DNA from: an uncultured virus (IMG/VR IMGVR_UViG_3300024359_000004)
Lineage: Duplodnaviria > Heunggongvirae > Uroviricota > Caudoviricetes
Virus record (IMG/VR): IMGVR_UViG_3300024359_000004
Strand: one strand, 5' to 3'
DNA length: 64,000 bases
The notes under the pieces: model-generated
Told to the model about the DNA's origin: nothing
The model's database searches: none
What the model saw: the letters and a program-made list of their open reading frames with translations, nothing else
Shown here: one piece after another, positions 1 through 8,304 of the stretch
How positions within the stretch are numbered: the stretch's first letter is position 1
Layout of the letters: each line of letters starts with the position of its first letter
Position numbers and translations under genes: made by a program

Positions 1-181
1 CCTTTTCTACTATCTTTTCAACTTCTTTAATCTGTGCTGGTTTTTCCCATGGTACCGAACCAAACTTTTCAGATGTAAATCCTCTAGTAACCATACTAGT
101 TATAAACTCATCAACATTTGTTATGTTGTTAGCTTTACAGTATTCCCAGATTTCATTTTTTATTTCTTTAGGTAGTTCCAT
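1..181 (-). CDS. Hypothetical protein, partial (runs off the left edge); possible ribbon-helix-helix-like N-terminus
   Basis: Not in the ORF track. ATG at 181-179 overlaps the TAA of the upstream gene (TAATG). Reads MELPKEIKNEIWEYCKANNITNVDEFITSMVTRGF... with no stop before position 1. Confidence 0.75.
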   Translation of the reverse strand, partial: MELPKEIKNEIWEYCKANNITNVDEFITSMVTRGFTSEKFGSVPWEKPAQIKEVEKIVEK

Positions 182-1011
182 TATCCGTTTGTTAATTTCT
201 CTTCACCTAACTCTAATTGTTCTAGTGAATTAATCTTAAATTGATAGAACCCATAATCAGTTTCGATATCATGTTCTGTAAATGACTTAGATTCAATATC
301 CCAAAATAAGAATCCATGTTTACCTACAGATTCTCCAAAGTTCTGTTGAACAAGTGAGCTAGGCATTGCTATCGGTGTGCCTTTGTAGTCTAAAATTTGA
401 CGCTTATGTATATCTCCACACATTACAATGTTGCAACCCTCAAAGTGTTCTAAGGATGTTGCTTCTGTAAATTCATAACCAATATCTGTTGTAGCACCAA
501 TAATAGGTGCATGATATAACCCTATATAAGTCTTATCATCACCATACTCAGCCCTGGCAGATTCAATGTCTGGTCTAGAGTTTTCATCAAAAATAGAATA
601 CACGCACCAAACAATATTATCATCTAAGATACATTCAGACTTTTTATAATATCTTATATCTAAGTCTGGTAATAATTGTACCATTGGTGTGATTGAATCC
701 ATTCTGTCTTTGTTGTTCTCTAATAAATCATGATTACCAGCAATAATAACCACTGGTGCAATCTTTTCTAACTTCCTTAAGAACCAGGTACCTAGTATTA
801 ATAATTCATTGGATATTGTAATTTTCTGATGCACATAGTCACCAGCAATAACAATCCTAACTTCTTCTCTATCGTACCCAGATACTAATTCTCTAATCTT
901 TTTTAGTGTTGTCTTAAACGCTTCACCGTACTCATCATGCATTCGATAAGTTCTGATGTGTATATCAGCTAAATGCACAACGAATCTTACTTTTTTATTA
1001 CTCATAATCAT
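181..1011 (-). CDS. Mre11/SbcD-like metallophosphoesterase (T4 gp47-like recombination nuclease subunit)
   Basis: Motifs HLADIH, IAGDYVH, IAGNHD, GLYHAP, MCGDIHKRQ and SLVQQNFGE. Confidence 0.9.
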   Translation of the reverse strand: MIMSNKKVRFVVHLADIHIRTYRMHDEYGEAFKTTLKKIRELVSGYDREEVRIVIAGDYVHQKITISNELLILGTWFLRKLEKIAPVVIIAGNHDLLENNKDRMDSITPMVQLLPDLDIRYYKKSECILDDNIVWCVYSIFDENSRPDIESARAEYGDDKTYIGLYHAPIIGATTDIGYEFTEATSLEHFEGCNIVMCGDIHKRQILDYKGTPIAMPSSLVQQNFGESVGKHGFLFWDIESKSFTEHDIETDYGFYQFKINSLEQLELGEEKLTNG

Positions 1012-1042
1012 ATAATTTTACACAAATATATTATTTTATAAT

Positions 1043-1309
1043 TTATAAGGTGAGTCTTAATACATCACCATCTTCTAAAGAAAGTGGTTTAAGTGTATAA
1101 GCTGATATTATCTCACCATTCTTAATTTCTATCAAGGTTTGGTTTGAAATGTGGAAACCATCTTCCCAATCACCATGTAGTTTCCAAGAAACTGGGTTTA
1201 ATACTGGCGTATTTTTGGGTAGATTAAATGGTGACCAAGCCACCCCTCTAGTATCAATTATTTTTGATAGTTTTATTTCACCTTTTACTATGTTACTATA
1301 TGGTATCAT
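1043..1309 (-). CDS. Hypothetical protein
   Basis: 88-aa ORF co-oriented with and tightly packed between its neighbours. Confidence 0.65.
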   Translation of the reverse strand: MIPYSNIVKGEIKLSKIIDTRGVAWSPFNLPKNTPVLNPVSWKLHGDWEDGFHISNQTLIEIKNGEIISAYTLKPLSLEDGDVLRLTL

Positions 1310-1326
1310 TTTATTTTATTTTTTTT

Positions 1327-1569
1327 TTAATCTTTATCATAAGTTGTATTTCCTTTTCTTAAATGTCTCAATTCTTCCAATTTACCATTATCTCGGTTTA
1401 TATCATATGTAAAATCACCTATCTCTAAAACGAACCTTTCCTTTTTCATTGGTTCATGGAAAATACCATTTATTAATTCTCTTTTTACTGGTTCTACGAA
1501 AGTTAATTCTATTATTTCTTCCTTTTCAATATCACCAACTGGATTAACTTGCATTACTTTAATTTCCAT
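1327..1569 (-). CDS. Hypothetical protein
   Basis: 80-aa ORF whose start overlaps the end of the upstream gene. Confidence 0.7.
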   Translation of the reverse strand: MEIKVMQVNPVGDIEKEEIIELTFVEPVKRELINGIFHEPMKKERFVLEIGDFTYDINRDNGKLEELRHLRKGNTTYDKD

Positions 1570-2512
1570 TATTTATCTTTTTTAATTCTTCTTTTAGTAA
1601 TTGTTCTCTTTTCTTATTACGCTTAATTTGTAAGTACTTATAATCAAATACTTCTTGTATTCTAGGTAATGGGTCCATAGTTAAAACTCTGTTAATAAAA
1701 TCATCTTCAACAAGATACTCTTTATATTTACCATCAGAAGTTAAATGAACTATAATACAACCATCAAGTTTAATGTTTTCAAATTTAGTTCCTTTAAGCA
1801 TATCTAGTATCAGTCTACCGTAAAGTGGTAATTGTATCATATAATGACTTAGTGCTGTATCCATGTAGTCTTCAAATGGTTCTAACATTGGTTCTGTATA
1901 TGCGTGTACTTCAAAATTCTTGGGCTTATTCGTTTTCCAGTCACTTATTAGGAACCCTAATACACCATCAATAAATCTAACCCATACTTTATCTGGTTGT
2001 CCTGTATACTCAAGTTCTGGGCTACCTAAAACCATTTCAGTATCTAATAAAACCCATCCATTTCTGTGCATACTTCTTATAAAATTATGGCCAGCATCAA
2101 TCATTGCGTTACCGTCAGCTGTTTGTTGCTCATCACACTCAAATATAGGTTTTCTAACGTCTTTATAAGACCCATACATGTCCAACAGGTCTGTTTCTAG
2201 TAAATAGTGGACCCTAGACCCTTTATTGTTAGCATAATCAGCTGTAGCCCTCCATTGTTTGAGTAATTCGTCTTGTTCTATTAAGTCACCATTACACATT
2301 TGCCAAGATTTGTTTAATTCTGGGAATTCTGTGTAAAATTGTTTAATGACTGTTGACACACTGGGATAATTAGACCTAACAACACCGTTTAAGTCTTTCA
2401 TATAGTACGTATGTGTATCCTCAACAAAGGATAACTCTAATTCTTTTTGTCTATCAGAAATTACATCTCTGATTTCCTTAGCAATTTTATTTAAATCGTC
2501 TTTATTTTCCAA
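1559..2512 (-). CDS. PD-(D/E)XK (RecB/Cas4-like) exonuclease
   Basis: Motifs PSVSTVI, GSRVHYLLE, TEMVL, GQPDKV, ISDWKT and YMIQLPLY. TTG start. Confidence 0.85.
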   Translation of the reverse strand: MENKDDLNKIAKEIRDVISDRQKELELSFVEDTHTYYMKDLNGVVRSNYPSVSTVIKQFYTEFPELNKSWQMCNGDLIEQDELLKQWRATADYANNKGSRVHYLLETDLLDMYGSYKDVRKPIFECDEQQTADGNAMIDAGHNFIRSMHRNGWVLLDTEMVLGSPELEYTGQPDKVWVRFIDGVLGFLISDWKTNKPKNFEVHAYTEPMLEPFEDYMDTALSHYMIQLPLYGRLILDMLKGTKFENIKLDGCIIVHLTSDGKYKEYLVEDDFINRVLTMDPLPRIQEVFDYKYLQIKRNKKREQLLKEELKKINNGN

Positions 2513-2549
2513 AATAAAAAATTATATATTATATTATTATTTATTCAGA

Positions 2550-2580
2550 CTAATATAACACAATTTTACTAAAAAAACAA
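2550..2580 (-). promoter_or_regulatory. Bacteroidota sigma70-type promoter, variant
   Basis: Minus strand TTG-N20-TATATTAG upstream of the PD-(D/E)XK gene. One mismatch to TAnnTTTG. Confidence 0.55.
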
Positions 2581-2602
2581 GTATTTATTATAAAACAGAG
2601 TT

Positions 2603-3157
2603 ATGAGAAAATTCATAAAACAAAAACTTAGAGAGAGTTTAAGATATAGTCATGTAATAGGTGATGCGACCAAAGATAATTATAAATTATCCGAGTATAA
2701 CCTACCTATGTTGTCATTAACTAAAAAAGTTAATACTACTGAAGAAGAAAGGGATATTATAAAACAATTAGACTATACCGATATTGTTTTAGAACCTCAA
2801 AATGAAACATCACCAGTAAAAATAAAAGTATCTTTACCTTTAGAAAGAGATTTAAGCCCAGGAATAGCTTTAGACATTGATTTGGTTGGTGAAATGTTCT
2901 ACCAAATACATATTTCATTAGATGAAAGTCTTAGAAAACTAGGTTTAGGGTATAAGATATATAAGGCTCTTATAATGAATTTTGGTCATGTTTATTCTGG
3001 TAAGGGTAGAAGACTTAATACTTCTGAAGTACCTAGGATTTGGGAAAAATTAAATAATGAACCAGGTATGACATGTGTCTCAAACGATATTGCTGATATG
3101 TGTGTTGCTAATAACACACCTAATAAGGATGAATTGTTATCAGCGTTCAATAATTAA
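2603..3157 (+). CDS. Putative GNAT-fold acetyltransferase with a basic N-terminal leader
   Basis: ISLDESLRKLGLGYKIYKAL resembles GNAT motif A (R/QxxGxG), followed by ...VPRIWEKL. Inverted relative to its neighbours. Confidence 0.6.
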   Translation: MRKFIKQKLRESLRYSHVIGDATKDNYKLSEYNLPMLSLTKKVNTTEEERDIIKQLDYTDIVLEPQNETSPVKIKVSLPLERDLSPGIALDIDLVGEMFYQIHISLDESLRKLGLGYKIYKALIMNFGHVYSGKGRRLNTSEVPRIWEKLNNEPGMTCVSNDIADMCVANNTPNKDELLSAFNN

Positions 3158-4098
3158 TACAATTTACTTTCTGGTATCTTGTGTGAATTTCTAAGTAACT
3201 TTATAATACCATTAGAACCTAATTTTTCAAATATAGATGATGGGTCATGCCTATATGGTGGAACACAAATCATTATTCTATTATATAGATTCCCAGAATT
3301 CAAATCCTTATATACTTCTATAGCATCTTCATAAGCATCATCATCTAATAATATAACAATCTTTGATTTTGCTTTGGTATGTAATAAGTATTTAAGTTTT
3401 TCTGGTAATACTTTACCTAGCATTGGTATTGAATTAGGTATTGTTATATGGTCAAACGCACCCTCAACTAAATATATTGTCGAATCCCAATTAATTTTAT
3501 CCTCATTAAATATTATTAATTCTTTTTGTGCTACTGGGTTTAAGTATTTTGGACTTTTCCATTTATCCCATGCTCTAGCAACAAAATAATTTACATCACC
3601 AAACTCATCATATGATGGTAATATAATTCTATCGTGATACTTACCTACAACAGTATAACCAATATTATAATATTCAATCATTTCATCAGTTATACCCCTA
3701 TCAGTAACATACTTATATGCTGATTCAAAATTAAATTTATCTGAATTGTCTTGAGTTAGTTTTGTGAAACCTTTAGGTAGGTCTATCTTGGTTGGTGTGG
3801 CTTCCTTAAAGTCTCTAACATAGTCATTATCTGGTTTTAATAACTTATAGTCTTTTAATATATTCTTATTACCATACCTCTTAATAAGATACGGTATTTT
3901 ACCATGCATATTGTTTTCTAAACCACACACCCAACACCTAAAGATGTTTTTCTTATAATTTACCGCTAGTTTATGTTTACCTTTACCCTTACCTTGTTCC
4001 GCACAAGATGGGCAATCGAATGACATCTGACCTGTCTCTTCGTTGTGTTCGTGAGGGTCACCTAGAAAGCGTTTAAATATGTTTGCAATAATTGACAT
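3154..4098 (-). CDS. DNA primase (Zn finger plus TOPRIM)
   Basis: CPSC...CWVC zinc finger, KYLNP, YLVEGAFD and LLDDDA. Likely start is the ATG at 4098 rather than the GTG at 4104. Confidence 0.92.
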   Translation of the reverse strand: MSIIANIFKRFLGDPHEHNEETGQMSFDCPSCAEQGKGKGKHKLAVNYKKNIFRCWVCGLENNMHGKIPYLIKRYGNKNILKDYKLLKPDNDYVRDFKEATPTKIDLPKGFTKLTQDNSDKFNFESAYKYVTDRGITDEMIEYYNIGYTVVGKYHDRIILPSYDEFGDVNYFVARAWDKWKSPKYLNPVAQKELIIFNEDKINWDSTIYLVEGAFDHITIPNSIPMLGKVLPEKLKYLLHTKAKSKIVILLDDDAYEDAIEVYKDLNSGNLYNRIMICVPPYRHDPSSIFEKLGSNGIIKLLRNSHKIPESKLY

Positions 4099-4103
4099 TA
4101 TCA

Positions 4104-4135
4104 CAAATATATAAACTTTATTTTAAATTTGCAAA
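4104..4135 (-). promoter_or_regulatory. Bacteroidota sigma70-type promoter
   Basis: Minus strand TTTG-N20-TATATTTG directly upstream of the primase gene. Confidence 0.75.
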
Positions 4136-4145
4136 TATATTTTAA

Positions 4146-4802
4146 CTATACTGCCCACTCACCTACTTTAGACATGTAACCTCTTACCGCACAATACGCA
4201 TCAGTCATGTCAAAATTCTCTTTCTTTAGGGTTTTTGTTCTAGTGTATAACCATGTGATTTGTGGTTCTAAGTCTGCTACCTTTTCCCAAACAACAATCT
4301 TTTTATCTATATCCCAATCATAACCACCAAATAATACTGGATTCTTTTTGGCGATTTCTTTTTCAGTATATGGTTCACCTTTTTTGTTAAACCTTCTTAT
4401 CTCCATTAATTCTGGGAAAGCATACTTTCTTGAGTCATATGATGATATAAATTCTGGTACAATACCTAATGTGTCATAAACTGACCTAGATATCATTCCG
4501 TTAAATCTAAGAAGTGTTGCTACTGTATTTACGTTATTAGAACGAAGAAGTGGTTCTTCTATAACTACTCTTGTTATACCTACGTCAGCATACTTATTTA
4601 AGAATTCTTCTTCAAATATCCTAGCCTTCTCGAAAAGCTCTTGTAGTTTATCTTTTGGTTGCGGTTTAATTTTTGGAGATACATGGTGTAATAATTTTAA
4701 TTTACCCTTACCATTAATATTTTCAAATAATGCTATACCTATAGTTTTTGTAGATACATCTAAACCTAATATTAAATCATTTTTACTCTCATTTAAGTTC
4801 AT
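4146..4802 (-). CDS. RuvC-like Holliday junction resolvase
   Basis: RNase H-fold acidic motifs ILGLDVSTKTIG, VVIEEP and C-terminal DMTDAY. Confidence 0.85.
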   Translation of the reverse strand: MNLNESKNDLILGLDVSTKTIGIALFENINGKGKLKLLHHVSPKIKPQPKDKLQELFEKARIFEEEFLNKYADVGITRVVIEEPLLRSNNVNTVATLLRFNGMISRSVYDTLGIVPEFISSYDSRKYAFPELMEIRRFNKKGEPYTEKEIAKKNPVLFGGYDWDIDKKIVVWEKVADLEPQITWLYTRTKTLKKENFDMTDAYCAVRGYMSKVGEWAV

Positions 4803-4854
4803 ATAACTAAAATTTATAATTAAAAATAACTTAAGAATAGTAAATGTAAAGTCT

Positions 4855-6057
4855 TTAGTAGTCTATTTTAACATTAAATGCAACCATATCATCAAATGGT
4901 TTATAATACGTACCATTTAACTTAGCAATAGCTATTAAATCATTAGAATTATCGTAAAGACCTAACTCAGTAATTCTAGGTATATCACCATTATTCCAAG
5001 TCTTATTTGTAGATACCCCGAACTCACCTCTCTTAGCTAAACAAGTAATAGATTGTGATACAACCGTTCTACTATGGTCATAATTAATTGTTGTACCAGT
5101 AGATGTTGGGTCACCTATAACAAAATCATTAACTATTGTTGGTTCTGTTATAACTAGGAATCCTTTGTCTAAATAAGCAATACCAACTGGTGTGTCAGCT
5201 GTAAGACTTAGGTTATCATTTGTTGTGAAATTATATCTTTCCTTACCATTAATACTAAATGGTTTGTTTGTTGCATATCCTGTACCCCAACTCTTAGTTG
5301 CATCGCCACCGTTAGGTCTAACAACACCGTCTGAGAATAATAATACTCTATTAGGACCAAAAATACTTATGTTACTTGATGTTTCTCTTATATCAGAATC
5401 TAATAAAGATGTTGCTCTAGTATTTCTTTCGTAAGTACTATAAACACTGAATGTAGATGCTGTAGTTTCTAAGTCTAATTTTATTGATTTACCATCAATA
5501 AGTTCAGAATACTCATTATCATCTATACCAATAACTAAAATTTTTGTTTGAGCTAAACCACTATATGCTGTATCTTGTAAACCACCAATATTAAGCGTTT
5601 TACCAGTGAATAAATCAAAATCTGTAGATGTTATAGGTAAATCAAAAGAATGGAACAAGTTAGTTAACGTATCTGAATTAACATCAGCTAAATCAACAAT
5701 ATTTTGTGTTATACTTCCACCACTATAATCCAAAGACTTGTAACCTAAATTACTGAATGATGTGGATATGGCGATTGAAGCTGGGTCAACTGATTTTAAT
5801 GTAGATGATGGTGAAGCAACTACAAGACTTCTAAGAGAATAACCAACACCCCCATTATTAACATCTAAACCATTATTGTCACCACCCATACTAGGTACTT
5901 GACCTATGGTTAGACCACTATAAGAACCATAATAAGCATCTGAGTCACCTAATGCAAAGTTCTTAATAAGTGTATTATCATTACTAACTAATTTTCTCCT
6001 ACCTGTAGGAGTTAATTTAGCTTTAAGTTCTATTGTTGTTCCAGTTAAAAATCCCAT
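4855..6057 (-). CDS. Baseplate/tail-collar-fibre-like structural protein
   Basis: N-terminal KLTPTGRRKL...FALGDSD and C-terminal ITELGLYD...LIAIAKL, typical of tail-collar/baseplate proteins. Confidence 0.65.
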   Translation of the reverse strand: MGFLTGTTIELKAKLTPTGRRKLVSNDNTLIKNFALGDSDAYYGSYSGLTIGQVPSMGGDNNGLDVNNGGVGYSLRSLVVASPSSTLKSVDPASIAISTSFSNLGYKSLDYSGGSITQNIVDLADVNSDTLTNLFHSFDLPITSTDFDLFTGKTLNIGGLQDTAYSGLAQTKILVIGIDDNEYSELIDGKSIKLDLETTASTFSVYSTYERNTRATSLLDSDIRETSSNISIFGPNRVLLFSDGVVRPNGGDATKSWGTGYATNKPFSINGKERYNFTTNDNLSLTADTPVGIAYLDKGFLVITEPTIVNDFVIGDPTSTGTTINYDHSRTVVSQSITCLAKRGEFGVSTNKTWNNGDIPRITELGLYDNSNDLIAIAKLNGTYYKPFDDMVAFNVKIDY

Positions 6058-6069
6058 AATTAAATTTTA

Positions 6070-8247
6070 TTAGAAATCCATCGCTAATTCAAGCATTATT
6101 GTTTTACCAGATTCTAAAGTAACTGGTTTACTTAATTTACCAATCATAATTAACGAACCAGTAGTATCATAAATACCTATCTCACTAACTCTAATGTCTG
6201 GTTCATTTACAGATGAATTATCTCTAGTTGTGTTTCCAGTTCTTTTAAAATCATCACCGTCAATCTCTAAGTTAAATATAGTCTTATATATTGTAGCACC
6301 AATATATGTTTCTAAATTACCATAGAAGAATCTTTCATCACCAAACTGTAGTAAATCTGTATTGTTGTTTGGTGCCATGCTTAATGAATCTATAATACTG
6401 AATGTTGTTGAACCTGTAACAACGTTAGTGTCAATTAAGAAATCATTTGCAGTAGGGTTTTGATTTTCTAATAACTTAGGGTCAATAGTTTCACCAGGGT
6501 TTGTAGTTATACCGCTAGTAGTGAAATCATAAACATTCCAACCATCAGATAATGGTCTTGTATTTATTCCAGATACAATCTGATATAATAGTTTAAATTC
6601 TCTAGCAGAGAATCCCATTCCATCATAACCAGACTTCTCTTCTTTTCTCATGTAAGGTAATAAATCAATATCAGATAATCTAAATTGAATATCCTTAGAG
6701 TTAGAAGTGTTATTAGTTATCTTAGTATAATATTGACAAGGTAGTGTAGTTGTTAAACCAGTACCCGTACTATTTTCAAAAGTATATGTTAAATACATTG
6801 TTTCATTAGAATCTAACACACCATTATTAGCACCATTGGATGAACTAACCATGTTAGCGGCAAGTGATGGTAGTGTCCAGTTTCTATTTGATTTATATGA
6901 CATTGCAGCAACAATCTCATCATCATCGAATACAACAGTCTTTAATTGTGTAAATACCTTACCAACAACTCTAGGTGTATCACTAACCATTGTTGGGTCT
7001 TCAATAAGGTCAACATATTTAATTTCAGAATCAGTAATTAATTTAGTTGTACCTGTAGCTATGAATGTCATACCCATTGTTGTACCACTCTCAGTCGAGT
7101 AGTCTCTTCTATGGTACATAAGGTCTGGTAAATGTAATTTAAGTGATTTATTATTATCACCATCAATAAAGAAATACTCACCATAATAATTTGATATTGT
7201 GTTATTTGTATAATGTAAAATCGATATTGATTTTTTAACATTATCAATTACTGATTCACCAGGCGTAGCACAAATGTCAGTATCATTCTCTGTATCACCA
7301 GAACAACCATAACTAAAGTATGGATACTTTTGACCAGCATACTCATTTGAACCAAACTTCTCATATGATTCATTAGGTGTTGCTACCGTATTATTAATAC
7401 TAGTACCAGTCATACCAGCTAAGTTTTCACACCAAACATTATTCATGTTCCAAACAGGAACATCTGAACATGAAATATCACAACAAGATGAGAAATCTAA
7501 AACGTTAGAATTCCAATATGGTGTTGTGTTTTCAGAACCAAACCCATTATATACTTCATTACTAGTGTAAACAATATATTCTGTTGTTGCTGTTGTTGAA
7601 TTGACATTTGGTAATTCTCTATCAAGGGTTAATGTATCACCAGGTGAAACTGTTGTACCACTTGATTGAATCTTATACCATAAGTGTGGTGTTGGTGTGG
7701 TGTTCCCGTTAACAACTTGACTACCAACTGTGTCGTTACCAATCTTTAATAAGATATAATCACCGACATTATATGTTGCACCGCTATCAATAACTAGAGT
7801 AGTACCACCAGTAATACTTGAACCACTGATAGTTCCAAAATATTTTGTGTAGTCATCACCTGTTTTAGTTGTAAAAGTTGTGTGAGTTGAGTTTGGTGTA
7901 AAGAATCCTCTTTCAGTTGCTTCATTATTAACAATAGCTTTAATAGTTCTTATTTGGTTGGCGTTTAAGTTATTAAGATTGTCATTGTTATTACTATTTG
8001 CAGTAACAAAATGTCTAATATCTGGTTGTTGGTCGACAGGTCTAAGTATTTTAGAAGTACCACTTAATGGTCCACCATAAGTTATTGATGATGATAAATC
8101 AAAATTACCTTCTCTATCGTAGTTAATTTCAGAATCACCAATTGCCCAAGAACTAAAATTTAATTGCCCTTGCGCTAATTTTTGCCTACCAACCTCTGTT
8201 AATTTTATATTAACGAAAGCACTTGTATTGTTTATAATGTAACTCAT
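6070..8247 (-). CDS. Baseplate/tail-collar-fibre-like structural protein (paralogue of 4855..6057)
   Basis: KLTEVGRQKL...WAIGDSE and IRVSEIGIYD...LIMIGKL. Rich in S/T/G/N. Confidence 0.65.
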   Translation of the reverse strand: MSYIINNTSAFVNIKLTEVGRQKLAQGQLNFSSWAIGDSEINYDREGNFDLSSSITYGGPLSGTSKILRPVDQQPDIRHFVTANSNNNDNLNNLNANQIRTIKAIVNNEATERGFFTPNSTHTTFTTKTGDDYTKYFGTISGSSITGGTTLVIDSGATYNVGDYILLKIGNDTVGSQVVNGNTTPTPHLWYKIQSSGTTVSPGDTLTLDRELPNVNSTTATTEYIVYTSNEVYNGFGSENTTPYWNSNVLDFSSCCDISCSDVPVWNMNNVWCENLAGMTGTSINNTVATPNESYEKFGSNEYAGQKYPYFSYGCSGDTENDTDICATPGESVIDNVKKSISILHYTNNTISNYYGEYFFIDGDNNKSLKLHLPDLMYHRRDYSTESGTTMGMTFIATGTTKLITDSEIKYVDLIEDPTMVSDTPRVVGKVFTQLKTVVFDDDEIVAAMSYKSNRNWTLPSLAANMVSSSNGANNGVLDSNETMYLTYTFENSTGTGLTTTLPCQYYTKITNNTSNSKDIQFRLSDIDLLPYMRKEEKSGYDGMGFSAREFKLLYQIVSGINTRPLSDGWNVYDFTTSGITTNPGETIDPKLLENQNPTANDFLIDTNVVTGSTTFSIIDSLSMAPNNNTDLLQFGDERFFYGNLETYIGATIYKTIFNLEIDGDDFKRTGNTTRDNSSVNEPDIRVSEIGIYDTTGSLIMIGKLSKPVTLESGKTIMLELAMDF

Positions 8248-8304
8248 ATCTTATAAATATTCTCTTTTACCTTATTTTAATAATAAATACTAAAAAATAA
8301 ACAT

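Noticed and set aside
1559..2512. Cas4-like nuclease as part of a CRISPR-Cas system
   Set aside because: No array or other cas genes, and no four-Cys Fe-S pattern. Solo PD-(D/E)XK nucleases are common in phage replication modules.
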